A DNA stretch of 64,000 bases from Vicugna vicugna. Lineage: Eukaryota. The stretch is from contig MU058463.1 of NCBI GenBank assembly GCA_013265495.1, forward strand, positions 1,263,523-1,327,522, given 5' to 3'. A program made the translations under genes and the position numbers. The notes below the pieces were generated by a model. The model searched no databases, was not told the DNA's origin, and saw nothing but the letters and a program-made list of their open reading frames with translations. Below, in pieces: positions 1 to 12,410 of this stretch. Each line of letters starts with the position of its first letter. Within the stretch, counting starts at the first letter, position 1.

Positions 1-196
1 TTTGACACTGCTTATGGTGTCTATTAAGAATAATCCAGCCTCAATTCCTGTGTTTAGATTTAGGGATAATTTATCTTGAATGTGTTCCCCCGTGAATAAG
101 CACACTACTGCTAGATTCACTCACTGTTTTAAACAGGACTGAAGTGAGACTGGCCTAGAGGAGAGAACAGGGATTGGGGAATCAGTGAGGACCCAG

Positions 197-370
197 CTAA
201 TATTTATGTGGCACCTGTTCAGGTCAAGCACTCACCTAAACACTTTACTTACAGTATTTTGTTAACACCACGATCAGTCTTGCGATAGTCATTATTATTT
301 TTATTCTCACTTTATAAATAGCAAGGATACAGTAATATGAGAGTATTAGATAATCCAACACACATTTTGT
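197..370 (-). mobile_element. Degraded MIR SINE fragment
   Basis: 'gctaatatttatgtggcacctg...cactttacttacagtattttgttaac...attattatttttattctcactttataaatag' resembles the reverse-strand MIR 3' half and core; heavily diverged. Confidence 0.5.
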
Positions 371-1197
371 AAAGCTATGAAGGTCTGGTTTCATTCAGTA
401 CAGGTGAGAAAGAATTAGAGTGGTTTCTTGAGGTTTTACCTGTTGTAGAGAAGGAGTTGGGATTGGATGCAATATTACAAAGATGAGGGAAATCAGTTAT
501 ATTTTGAATACTAGGTAAACTTGAGAATATTCGGTGATTATTAAAGCATGTTTGTATTTTCTTAATTATAAACCATTATGCTGAGAAATTTGGAAAAAGC
601 AGACTTTTTTTTTTTTTTTTTGGTGTGTTATCCCATCTGTGTTAACTAAATTGACAACGTAAGTGCAGACTGTGGTCCAAGAACATTTTAGGCTGGGATA
701 GAAAAGAATCCAAGGGTAAATTAGAGCAGTAAAATGTCACAGATTTGATGAACTCCCAGGATAGTTGTGCAAAATTAAGAAGGGATGGAGAAACACTATA
801 GGTCTTCAAGAAGGTTGCATATGGAATTGTGTGCAAGTATTCACAACACTTACGCAAACACACATATACACATGTACACAGACACCACAGAATAAACAGC
901 AGACATTTGGAAAGTTTAAAAGAAAGCATTGTTTTTCTTGAAGATTTCCTGTCATATTTTTTCAGTCATTTATGACCATTTTTAAATAAAATATTTGTAT
1001 TTTACTGTAAATAGCAAAATAAAAATCCACAGAGGCTAACATATAATTCTCAGCACAAAGAATATTTTAAAGCTCAGGTATGAGCTAAGCTTAGTGGTAG
1101 AGATCTTATCATTTGTGCTTTCTTAATCACCAGGGAACAAATATTCTTAGTACAATTTTTAGAGCAGGAAAAACATTATAAAAATTTTGTAGCTTGA

Positions 1198-1589
1198 AAT
1201 ACTGCATGATATTATATGCAGAATCTGAAAAAGCCAGACTCATAAAAATAGAGTGGAATGGTGATCAGTGGCTGGAGGATACAGGAAATAAGGAGAGATG
1301 TACAGACTTGCAATCAGTAGACGAATAAGCCCTGGAGATCTAATGCACAGCATAGTGATTGTAGGCAATATCACTGTATCATAAGCTCCAAAATTGCTAA
1401 AAGGCTCTATCTTAATTGTTCCCACCATGAATAATAAATGATAATTATGTGACATGATAGAGGTGTTAGCTTGACATATTGTATACTTCAATACATAAAT
1501 ATATCAGATCAACACATTGTACATCCTAAACTTACACAAGATTATATGTCAATTGTATGTCAATGTTCTATATCAATTAAAAAAAAAAA
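1198..1589 (+). mobile_element. L1 3' end (L1MA9/L1MA10-like 3' UTR) with poly-A tail
   Basis: Typical L1MA 3' UTR motifs 'ctggagatctaatgcacagcatagtgatt', 'ttgtacatcctaaacttacac' and 'tatatcaatt', followed by an A-tail. Confidence 0.8.
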
Positions 1590-1639
1590 CTAGAGTATTT
1601 TACTAAAACAAAAGAAATAGCTTCTACTCAATTCTATCC

Positions 1640-2174
1640 TGTTAAAAGGTGCCCCCCTTGGTCTCCACCTCATGGTGTTCCTGAAATTTCCTCAATGAGT
1701 GTGGGAAGGATCTTTGACTTGCTTCTCGAAAATGTAAAAAGTAATTTTGACACCTCTCTCATGATCCCAGCAGTCTTGCTAGCCAACTTGTGTCTTCACC
1801 CCTTGCTGGCCTTGAAGAAGCAAGTCCCCGGGTTGTGAGAGGGCCTAAAAAGAGGCCTTGTGGCCTGTGCGAGTCAGAGAGGCCTCCAGGTGAAAGCCGG
1901 AAATAAACGGGTCCCTCAGTTTTACTCCTGCAAGGAAATGAAATCCATCAAAAACCAGAGTGAGTTTGGAAGTAGATCTATTGCAAGTAAATTCTTATAT
2001 AACATGTGATGAAAACTGAACCCTGGCAGACACTTCTCCTACAAGCCTTGCTAAGAACCCAGCTGAGCCATGTCAGAACTCCTGACCCGTAGAAACTGAG
2101 AGATAATAACTGTGTGTTGTTTTAAGCTGCTAAGTTTGTGGTAGTTTGCTATGCAGCAGTAAAAAATTAATACA
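1640..2174 (+). mobile_element. MaLR solo LTR (MLT1G/MLT1H-like)
   Basis: Canonical MLT1 3' end 'agaaactgagagataataactgtgtgttgttttaagctgctaagtttgtggtagtttgctatgcagcagtaaaaaattaataca'; internal 'gctggccttgaagaagcaag'. The 5' boundary is approximate. Confidence 0.8.
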
Positions 2175-3599
2175 TTTGTGTTGAATTTTTTCGTATTTAT
2201 CTATATAATATCAATCTTTTGAGATTTTTTTATTCCCAGAAGCTGAAACGGTACCACCTAGACAGACTTACAAGGCATTCAGTTGGCATTGCTTCATGCA
2301 ATTCAGTGAAAAGTTAGAAAGTTGTTTTTATTTTGTTCATTTTCAGGTTTATCTGGGGAGTTGTTTTGTTTGATTATTTATGGGTTTATTTGAGTAGGGG
2401 AGATTATTGAATTGTTTATTTTAATGAATGATTTTGGAAAAAAGTGCCGAGTATGAAATACTGACAATGAAAAAAGCATAAGTAGGAAAAAAAGTCCAAA
2501 TTGGCATTGACCTTGACAATAGAGCCACTGCTTGATTCAGGCATTGCCTCACCAGTTACGAAACACATGTAGCAAGCTGTACTTAACATTTAATTATGCC
2601 TCTGCACACCACCAATATGGTGTAAGAATTTTTCCTTCTTTTTTTCTATTGTTACTCCTCTCGTTTGTTGCAAATTCTTTTTTTCTGTTTTGCTCCTAAA
2701 AAGATAGAGTGCAATGGGTTTTACTCATTTCATTTCTCTTACTATTAAGGCATCCTTTTAATTTATTAATGACCCTTCTACACATTTTCTCTTAAACAAA
2801 CTGTGGCCAACACTAGGGTAAATTCTTATTTCTTGATTTTAAAACTCTAAAATGAAGTAAGTATGTACATTAAATTGGAGCTATATAAATAATCATATTT
2901 TGCAACTTGTCATCTTGTATTCCTTTATTAATAAAAAGAAAAATGTTATGTAACATAAAAAAGCATTGAAATTTAATTATAGAACATAAATAGATATGAA
3001 ATTACAAAGCATATATATATAATATATATTAAGCTAGGAATAACTGTCAGATTTTCTATTTTTCTTCTCTTCACTATGATCAGATCTTTAATGTGCTCCA
3101 AAAGTCTTATACTGAATATTTTAGTTTCAAATATCTTTCCCCAGATAAGAATCTATATGATTATCAGTTTCCTTTTCATCTAAATTAAGAACACATTCTT
3201 GTATCATGCCCCTTTCATTTTGATCGTTGCATGTACATTAATTGATTTCAGCACATCTCTTACACAGAAGTTTAGAAATAGAATAAGTCATGATGTAGGA
3301 GCAAATCCTCAAAAGAATGTTTAATAATGAATAACAGTAATTAAGAACTATTTAAGCAGAAACTAAACTAAACTCAAATCATAATCATATTCCATTATAA
3401 AAAAACTATAGTAAAAAGAAAGTCCATAAAGAAATTGATAGTGATTTCACAGGGTGATGGTATGTAGCATACTTTATTTTTATAAATACTATCTATTTTC
3501 CTTCGTTTTCACAGTAAATATTTGTAATTATAAATATTTACTTTAAAATGATATAAAATAAAATTCAATTTTTGTATGAGCACACATAGAGCTCATATC

Positions 3600-4060
3600 T
3601 TACTTTCTAAATGCCAGTTACTCAATAAAAGTAGCCAAGGATCCCTGAAGAAATGGCTGATTATCTCTTGGATTTGGGCAGAAAAAAAAATATGAGCCTT
3701 GAGTATCTTGTAGTTACAGAAAGTTAGAAAGTTAAAAAAAAAATGGAGGTGAAGAGAATGGCTCATGTCAAAATGACAGAGAATTAGCCTGAAAAAACTC
3801 CCAATTAATAAGAGTAGAACAATTTCAACAAGAAAGTAAATAATGAGAGCATTATACTGTAATTTAAAGGATACAATGAAAAATTGGGTCTATACTGATA
3901 AAAATAAATGATTGACTACATTGAAAAATGGGAAGATACTGGACAAACGTCCTCAAAGAATACTTCCAAATAATATATGTAGAGAAACAAAGAAGACAGA
4001 AATTCACCACTGGAATACCACAGTAGTCATTACCTGTTTGACAGCTTCTGAGTGAGCCAG
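3600..4060 (+). mobile_element. Old L1 (L1MC-like) 3' UTR fragment
   Basis: 'aataaaagtagccaaggatccctgaagaaatggctgatt...tatgagccttgagtatcttg' parallels the L1MC/MD 3' UTR segment seen in this window at about 38490-38600. Confidence 0.55.
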
Positions 4061-4317
4061 AAATCAAACTGTGCTGGATATTATCTATGGGCACACAACA
4101 CCCGTTTTCACTTACTTTCTGTAACTTCTTTGATCCTACCAGCCCCACCCCTCCTCCCGCAACTAACGTTTCTATTTCCCAGACTCACTTGTTTTTATCA
4201 TTCTGAATTTATTCTGGATTCTGTCAAGAGATGCTTTCAGTAAAGAACTGGTCGACGTACTAGATGTGATAAAAGGAATACAAAGCTAAGGAATTCTCCC
4301 AGGAAAAACATTATATG

Positions 4318-4721
4318 TAGGTTTCCCTGCTACCTGAAAGTAGGGCGTTCCTGTGAAGCCTTTGTAAGCTGAAACAGCATAAAGTCAAGAAGCAATTACC
4401 TTAGGACCCAACTTGTCAACGGGTGCACAAACTAAGTCAAGGTAAAAAGCACAGATGCTCACAGAGATGGTGCAAAGCTAAGGCGGCTCGGTGCTGAGAT
4501 GCTGAGTGCAGTTCCCGGGGAAGGAGTTTGGCGGTGATGCTCTCCCTGTCTCTATAATGCGTCCCTGCCAGACAAACACTGAATGCTATATTTGCTTTCC
4601 CCTTTGTTTTCATATGAGAGTCCTCTTCAGATTTCTTTTGATTAGCGAAAACAGGTCCTAATGAAGGTCTTTCTTAAAAGCAAAAATGTGTAAAGCAAAC
4701 TGGAAAAGCAGGAGGTACCTG
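4318..4721 (-). mobile_element. Non-autonomous Tc1/mariner Tigger-type DNA transposon (Tigger6-like)
   Basis: Imperfect terminal inverted repeats ('taggtttccctgct...' and '...agcaggaggtacctg'), about 400 bp, with an internal segment 'gattagcgaaaacaggtcctaatgaaggtcttt' resembling Tigger6 deletion derivatives. Confidence 0.65.
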
Positions 4722-4919
4722 TGCATACATGTGTGGGTGCGGGTGGGGTGAGGGGAGTGCATGAACCGAATATTGGAAAACTGAAGGTTCCGTCCAGGAA
4801 ACATAACATTTTATCAAAATACTACACAAAGAAAAGACAGAAAAAATGAAGGTGTGTGTATTGTGAGAGACCTGGAATGAGAAACACCTTCAGAATGAAA
4901 GGGTCAATTTTGTTTGCCA

Positions 4920-5100
4920 ATTCAAAGAATTAATTAAGTTGTCAGGAATACTAATGAAATGAAGACCAAAACCAAGTCTTGCCATACTGAAACTGCAAAG
5001 CACCAGGGGCAAAGAAAAGGCACTGAACGCGTCCAGTGAGGGGTGTCAGTGGGGTAACACATGAAGAATCAGGCTTGGCAACTTGCAGCAGCAGTTCTAA
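4920..5100 (+). mobile_element. Degraded L1/HAL1 ORF1 remnant
   Basis: 'catactgaaactgcaaagcaccaggggcaaagaaaaggcactgaacgcgtccag...agaatcaggcttggcaac' resembles the conserved ORF1 'HI.VKL....KEKILKA.R...IRL..D' segment. Confidence 0.4.
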
Positions 5101-5681
5101 AAACACACGCCAGCCCAGAACCTATGTGACCTTCTAGTTCAAGTACCCAAACCCACAAGCGATCCCATGTGGCAAATTCTCAGGGAAGACTATCTAACTG
5201 ACTTGGTTTCTCACAAGTGTCTGCCTGGGATCCAAACTTGATTCCCAAATTTTCCCAATTGAGCTGTTGATAGAGGCAGATTCTCTTTGAGAAGACGCAG
5301 AATACAACAGGCAGAAGAAATTATTAGCAATTACAGTATGGAAGGGCTAGGTAATAAAATCAAACTGAACTCTGTTAAGTAATACTTATTTTAGCTTATT
5401 CCTTCATATTTTCTTCACAATTTGTTCACTTGTGGCAGACAAGAAGCTCACAGGAACAACAAATTATCATGATCAAGGCAGTGTGCTGAACTTGAAGGCA
5501 TAAAACGTATTTCTGTTCTTGGTGGTGTTCAAGATAAAATTTCTTTGGAAATTATAAAAACACTACACCAGGTATGAAAATACTATGGAAAATAGGAAAG
5601 CTGTCAATATATATTTTTTTCCTGAGTACTTAAGCACCACATGATTCCATTGAAATTAATAGTTTTACATGATACTTGCAT

Positions 5682-6153
5682 TGTATTAGTCACGGCTCCC
5701 CAGAGAGAGAGAGAGAGATCGATTTATTATTATAAGGTATTGGTTCATGTGTTTGTGGAGGTTGTGGAGTCCCATCCTCTGCCTGCTACAGCTAGAGACC
5801 CAGGACAGCCAGTGGTGTTGACTGAAGGTCTGAAAACTGAAGAGCCAATGGTGTAAGTGCCTGTCTGAGTCTGAAGGCCTGAGAACCAGGAGGCCAAAGG
5901 CGGGAGAAGATCAAACCCAGTTCACCAGTCAGATAGAGAGAGAGTAAATCCTCCCTTTTTCCATCTTTTTGTCCTATCCAGACCCTCAGTGGATTGGATG
6001 ATTACCACCCACATTGGGGAGAGCCATCTACTCTACTCAGTCTAACACTTCAAATGCTGCTAACCTCTTCCAGGAAACATCGTCACAGACACACCCAGAA
6101 ATAATGTTTGACCAGCTCTTTGGTCAGGCTGACACATAAAATGAACCATCACA
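5682..6153 (-). mobile_element. ERVL solo LTR (MLT2 family)
   Basis: TG...CA ends ('tgtattagtc' ... 'gacacataaaatgaaccatcaca'); internal 'cacagacacacccagaaataatgttt'; 5-bp TSD tgcat (5677-5681) / tccat (6154-6158). Confidence 0.88.
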
Positions 6154-6619
6154 TCCATCCTCTGGATAACAGGATTCAAGTTAAGCTCTGGATGTTTATA
6201 GTATTGTCTACACTTGCATCAGTTCAAGTTAATTATCCAAAAATACCGCCATCATCATCATTCTGGGGGACTTCTGGTAATTACAATATATGTATGCTTA
6301 TTTAAACCATGAATTGGTAAGTGAAAATGTATTATAACCATACCACACATTAACACTGTGCTCATTTTATAGCCTAAGTGCAGAATCTGATAGAAATGCA
6401 TAGAGGTGGCACATAGAGCAAGTGGATGATGGATAATCTACCAGGAAAAGCTTGTGTTAGCCAGAAGAAATAAGCCTAGCTGAGTGCTAAAGCGAATAGA
6501 ATCAAACATTCGACCAAGTCTTGATGCATACTATGATAGAGCTGAGAGAGAGCAGCAAAAAGTCAAAATGATGCTGAAAAACTAAGGCGGTAATTAATGA
6601 GTATACAATATATTATGCT

Positions 6620-6830
6620 GCTGCTGCTCACTGTCAGTTACTATATGCCAGGGATTGAGTTAAACATTTTACTACATTATTTCCTATATTCCTCTCTACA
6701 ATCCTATAAGAAAGAGGAAACAGTATGGAAATGGTGGCCTAGAGATGATATTTAATGTGCCCACGGTGACATAGCTATTAAATGATGGAGCTGGCACTTA
6801 AATCTCTAGTTCTGTAATGCTATTACAAAT
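6620..6830 (-). mobile_element. MIR SINE fragment
   Basis: 'ttactatatgccagg...acaatcctataag...ggaaatggtggcctagagatg...gtgcccacggtgacatagctattaaatgatggagctgg' is a MIR core on the reverse strand. Confidence 0.6.
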
Positions 6831-6946
6831 GTCCATTACCAACACACTGTGATAAACAAGGAGAGTACGAAGTAGAGGGACAGACACATATTTTTCTGGA
6901 TAGCACTTTTGTTTTGCTGGCTTTGATTGCCCTCAAATTCATTTGG

Positions 6947-7152
6947 CGATGGTGTGCTGGTAAATGTTAAAGGATTGGGCTCTGGGGTTGCAGGGAGCTT
7001 CCATTTGTGACCTTCGGTGGTTTCTCAAGTGTAAGTACTCCCACCATGGCTGATTTCAAGTCACCAATTGAAAGTCACTGAAAGCAGAGTTGGGACAAGG
7101 TGCATCCCATCAGCTCCCTCAAATGGGTGCAGCCTGCCCCAGCATGGGGCTG
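6947..7152 (+). mobile_element. hAT (Blackjack group) MITE, MER63-like
   Basis: Starts 'cgatggtgtgctggtaaatgtt', contains 'tactcccaccatggctgatttcaag...gtcactgaaagcagagttggga' and ends 'ccagcatggggctg'; about 205 bp. Confidence 0.8.
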
Positions 7153-7707
7153 CAGAAGACTTCTTGATTAGGTGTTTCACAGTTTGCAAGTTACACAGAC
7201 CCATGAGGAGCCAGAGCTGACTGTCACAAAATACAGGATTTTAATAAGCAAGAAGAAGAGATAATTACCCATTTCAAGAAGTCATTTTGAAGGCAGTAGG
7301 GCTTACTGGACAAAGTTTGTTATTCTTCAATGGTTTTAGAATGAAGACTCTATTTAACAATTTTTTTATTCAAAATGGACCTCTAGGACTATCTATGCTT
7401 TGCTCCTGGTTGACATCCATGAAGCAGCTAAATGTCTTATTCCACAGTGTTTCTTTTTCTGTATTTGGGAAGATAATGAATGTGCAGCTATGAGGAACTG
7501 ACACAGGACATTGTCAACCTCAGTGCAGTTATTCAGAGATCTCTGCTATTACTCAAAGGCCATCAATGGATGATTCTTTCTCTAGTGGCTCATATGATTA
7601 GAGATGAGGATTTGTACATTGAATTCAACTGAGAAGATGAAAGTAGAGCCTCTTGGGGTTAAATTTGGTAATATCCAAGAATTAGAAAATAATAAAATTA
7701 AATCATA

Positions 7708-7734
<27 letters not shown>
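7708..7734. repeat. (TG)n microsatellite
   Basis: Directly visible, about 13 TG units. Confidence 0.97.
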
Positions 7735-7738
<4 letters not shown>

Positions 7739-8128
7739 CTTTCAATAGACTTTTATTGCAATGGTTTTCATTCGTATATTTTTTTGTCTTCATTTTCTTT
7801 TATTTCTGGCATATATTGTAGCAACTTACTTTTCTTTGAATAGATTTTATTCTTCAAGTCTAATGTTTATACTGAATGTCTTAATATCTAATTCCTATTA
7901 GGAGTAAACCTTCATTTTATTTTTTCCACTCACTCTGCAGCAATCTCACATAGCTGGCTTTAGTATAAAACTCCTGGCTCATTACTCAGCCACTCTCCCA
8001 CACAGCCAGCCATTCACAATCAGTACCAAACCCCCAATTTAATTTTATTCAATGCATTTCTATTCAAAGCAGCTCAGTTCAATTCAGTTCAACTCACTCT
8101 AGCACATGTTGGTGCCAATTCTAATTCT

Positions 8129-8220
8129 ATTCTCCTTTTTTTCTTTTTCCCTTTCTTTCTTTCTTTTCTTTTTCTCTTTTCTTCTTTCTTTCTTTTCTTT
8201 TTCTCTTTTCTTCTTCCTTC

Positions 8221-8290
<70 letters not shown>

Positions 8291-8316
8291 CTCTCGCTCT
8301 CTCGCTCTCTCTCTTT
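8129..8316. repeat. (TTTC)n and pyrimidine-rich compound microsatellite
   Basis: Long TTTC array grading into (TC)n; it explains the K/E/R-rich and F/L/S-rich ORFs at 8099-8477. Confidence 0.97.
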
Positions 8317-9299
8317 TGTGGATGATCAGAGCATACATGAGAAATAGATCTGGTGGTTTGACCATTGATTTGTATTTTGCTTGGAAGGTGGATGTTTACA
8401 ATTGTGGGACACTCTTGACTGTTTCCATTTTCCCATACACAGCTAATTGAATGCATCAACACTCTTTTCTTTAGCACTTTCAGTATTTATCACTTCTAGA
8501 AATATTCTCTTTCTTTGATCCACTCAGTGAACTTCCCATGTTGACTCCCAGTGACAGTTTTTTTGTTTGTTTTACGAGGACAAGAACTTACATAATAGTA
8601 AGATTTGTCATTGCAATCAACATTAATTAAAGGTTGATTTCTGTTTCGGAATCAATTTTTATTATGCATCATGGCAAAACAAATCTATCATTTATTTCTT
8701 GGAATTACACAAACACTAAAATTCCTGAATTATTCCTACTGTTGTTACTCTTCTTTTCTATGTGTTCATTTGTCTCTTGCTCCATGTCTTTGTATGTACA
8801 TCAGGTCATTTTACTCTTACTGCTCTAACTTGTATTTTTTTTATTTCTATACATTGAAACAATCTGTACAGCATCATTTCACTGAGTGGTTAAGGCCACT
8901 TTTTTGTTTGTTTTTGAAAACAAGAATTACCCCTCCCCTGTTTTTCTGTCATCAGTAAGCTAGTCTCTAATATATACAATTGTTAAAGTTTATCTAGAGT
9001 TTCTAAATAAGATTATATTTCCATTTTTGGTTAGTTTTATGTTCTGAGATGTCTTTGGGAAAGCTATCTATATATTAATATATAAATTTGCTACTTACTC
9101 TGTTACAAACAGTCTGAATAATGGACATATCTGTGTTTGTATTTTATATAAACTGTGGAAGTGTTGGTGAAGAATATCAATAAATGTTTACCAGGCAGCA
9201 ACTGAATTCAAGGCAGTGATAAGCCAGTGCAGTGCATCTGTAAAGTCTAGTCCTTGCTTTGTAACTGTAAATGCTCTCCTTGCAGTCTTTCCTAGATAA

Positions 9300-9935
9300 G
9301 CCAATAGCATCACCATCAATTGAGTAGTTCTGGCTGGACCTTAGCATTTATCCTTGTTTCCCTTCAGGGCCTCACACTCAATCTCTAGTTCATCAGCAGC
9401 AAAATATATGTGAAATCCAGCAGCCTCTCACTAAAATCCTCTTCCATTTCTTCCCTAGCCTGCATGTTAGCAGCCTCGCTGATCCCTTCGTTTCTATTCT
9501 TGCCTTAATATCCATCTGTTAGCAGAATAGTGGCTCCAAATTAAAATCAAATATGTTGTTTCTTTCCAATGGCTTCCACACCTGTTAGATTAAAAACCCA
9601 ATTCCTTACTCTGAAGCTCTATAGGATTTGGCCCCCATCTACTTTATGACCTTGTCTCTTTCAGTTCTCCCTCTTATCCACTGTGATCCATCCTCTGAAA
9701 CAACCTTTCTGTCCCTTGAGCAGCCAGAACTCATCCTCCCCTCCAGGGGCCCCACACTCATTTGAAGTTCCTATGCTTAGCAAGCATTTCTCTTCGGTGT
9801 TGTTGTGGGACTTTCTTTCTCCTCATTTAGGACCGTGTTTAAAAGCCATCCCTTTGGAGAACCCTAGCCTGACCACTCTGGCCATAGTAGACAACTTCTC
9901 TGAAAACGTACTTTCTTTACTGTGTTCCTTTTGCT
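9300..9935 (+). mobile_element. L2 LINE 3' region, degraded
   Basis: L2-type motifs 'ttccaatggcttcc...aaaaacccaattccttac', 'atttggcccccatctactt', 'accctagcctgaccactct'. Confidence 0.65.
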
Positions 9936-10609
9936 AGAGTGATTTTTGCTGCATCAAGCATTAGAACACCCATAAAACTCAAGGTCTAGCCGAAGGGGAC
10001 GTATTAGATTACACAAGGAACCACCACAACTCTTTGGTGAATTTGCAGAGGTCACAGAAACACAGACTACAGACCTGTGATTTTTCTAGACTCTGTTTTG
10101 GTAATCTGTGATTAAGATGGTTTATCCAAGGTGAAAAGCACATATTAATACAATGTTAACAGTTCTAACACTTTTATTCAGTGAGATTCAATTCTCACAC
10201 TTTGAACTAGCAGTGATGGTCTCCTATGAATCAGCCCTCTGAGCCAGGTCCTAAAAATGAAACCAGGAGTCACAATGTCAGCCAACTGATTTAATTGTCT
10301 GTTCATTTTTTGCTACCTTTATTTAACAAATCGTCCCTACCTTACTAAAACAACTCTTTAGTTTGTTACTTGCCTGTTTCAGAGTTTTCCTGAGCAATAG
10401 CGATTTTGGGGAAAATGTTTTAAATACAATATAAACTGTGAAGGAAGGGGATGAAGGTACAAAGAGTTTTATAAGCTCATACAGCAAACTAACAAGGTGT
10501 TTAATGACTAATAACAATGGAATTCTATGCCTCTGAGCAAAAGGAGAAATACATATGATTAAATGTAAGGACAGGATAACATTTAATAAGTACTTGAAGG
10601 CTTTATACT

Positions 10610-11296
10610 TGTCTTAGTCTCTTAGGCTATGGTAACAAAAATACCATAGACTGAGTGACTTAGAAATTTATTTCTCACAGTTCTGAAGCCTAGGAATTTA
10701 GGATAAGGGTGCCAGCATGGTTAGGTTCTGATGAGAGTCTTCTTCCTTATTTACAGATGACTATCTTCTTGATGTATCATTACAGAGCAGAAACAGAGAG
10801 AAGAGACAAGCTGTCTCTTGTCTCCTTTTATAAGAACATTAATGCCATCACGAGGGCTCCACCCTCATGACCTAGTTACCCCCCAAAGGCCCCACCTCTA
10901 AATACAGTTGACCCTCCATGTTCACAGGTTCTACCTTCTCACATTCAACCAACTACAGATCAAAAACTCATCAAAAAAAAAAATTCCAGAAAATTTCAAA
11001 ATGCAGAATTTGAATTTCCAACATGTTGTAACTATTTACAGCATTTACATTGTATTTGGTATTATAAGTAATCTAGAGTAATTTAAAGTATACAGGAGGA
11101 TGGGTGTAGGTTATATGCAAATACTATGCCATTTTATATAGGGAACTTGAGCATCCATGGAAGTTGGTATTTGTAGGGGTCCAGGAACCAATCCCTAAAA
11201 ATATTCATGGAGGACTATTCTATCCAATCTAGAATTAGGTTTTATCATAAGAATTGGGGGAGAGGAAGAAAGGGACATCAGCATTTATCCATAACA
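10610..11296 (-). mobile_element. MaLR solo LTR (MLT1A/MLT1A0-like) interrupted by a MER2 insertion
   Basis: Begins 'tgtcttagtc', contains 'aaatttatttctcacagttctg' and 'gagggctccaccctcatgacctagttacc', ends 'ccataaca'; perfect 5-bp TSD ATACT at 10605-10609 and 11297-11301. Confidence 0.9.
10905..11217 (-). mobile_element. MER2-like Tigger MITE nested inside MLT1A
   Basis: Follows a TA dinucleotide; end 'cagttgaccctcc'; diagnostic 'taggttatatgcaaatactatgccattttatatagggaacttgagcatccatgg...ggaaccaatccc'. Confidence 0.88.
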
Positions 11297-12391
11297 ATAC
11301 TTGTTACTTTTAAGTAACTTAAGTAACTTAAAATCTCTGTGTCTTACTGTTCTCATGAGTGAAATGAGGATAATAATATTTTCTATCTGATTGCCTTGTC
11401 TGAGATTTCACAACTATAGGGACAGTGAGAGGTGGCGCTCAGCGTTTCTTCATGGGCAGTGCAATGAGTCATGTTTATCACAAACCTTATCATGCAGTAA
11501 CATCTCCAGTTAACACAGAGTGACTTATTAACTATGAGTTATGCTTTGGAAATTAAAATGAACATTTCCCATTGGGCTGTAGTCTCACCATAATTAATTC
11601 TGGAATCTTTAGTTTTAAAATTCAAAGTTTTACTTCTTAGCTTAAAAATAAATTATAAAAAGAAATAGAGAATCAAAGGGAAGGCAGTTTTAACTACATG
11701 TATGTTATTATTTGATTAAAATTTACCTAAAATAAAAATAACATTTCAGACAGACAGAAACAAGTTTTCTATTAAATGATGGTGAGCAGAGCTCATGTGA
11801 AACTGTGGAGTCAATTTTCCATAAAAGCACAATGAGAGACACTATGTTTGATGCATGATCACTTTTAAGTCCTTCTAATTCTTCTTTCTCTAAGGAATCG
11901 CATGTGACAATATTATTGAGCCAGTGTAACACTTGTGCGTGTGTATGTGTAAATTAAATGAAATAATATATATAAGGTGTGTAGGATGATATGGGTGCAT
12001 CATAAGTGCTTATAAACAGCACCAATAATTATTGTTCTGATTCTAAATCCTGTTATTCCATCATGTAATCTTATCTCATTATTACACTATTGGTATCACT
12101 GCTAAGAAAATTTACCTAGTAAGAGATCCCTGTTTATGTAAAAGATCCAAATCAGACTTTTTAAAATTATGGAATTTATTCTTATTTATAGTAACCTCCC
12201 TCCCCCAAAACACAACGTGTTTACCTGCTTTGTTTCAAGTAAATTTTACTGCTTTGACATTAAGTCAAATTTCTAATCAATTTCAGAGAGTCAGAAATGG
12301 TTTTCTTATGTTCCCATGATTATGAACTTGATAGAAATACAACCATCTTGAAGACATAAAGCAGAAAGCTGATTGCCAGAGCACATGTTTT

Positions 12392-12410
12392 GAGTGCCCT
12401 CTAGCGGTTG
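12392..12410 (-). promoter_or_regulatory. Candidate CTCF binding site
   Basis: Minus strand reads CAACCGCTAGAGGGCACTC, matching the CTCF core CC(A/G)(C/G)(C/T)AG(A/G)(G/T)GGC(A/G)(C/G) at all positions; its CpG is retained in an AT-rich setting. Confidence 0.65.

Noticed and set aside
8099..8477. ORFs rich in K/E/R or F/L/S
   Set aside because: They are translations of the (TTTC)n microsatellite.
11421..11442. Second CTCF-like motif (AGGTGGCGCT, plus strand) that would converge with the 12.4 kb site
   Set aside because: The 5' half reads GTGAG instead of CC(A/G)(C/G)(C/T); only half the core matches.
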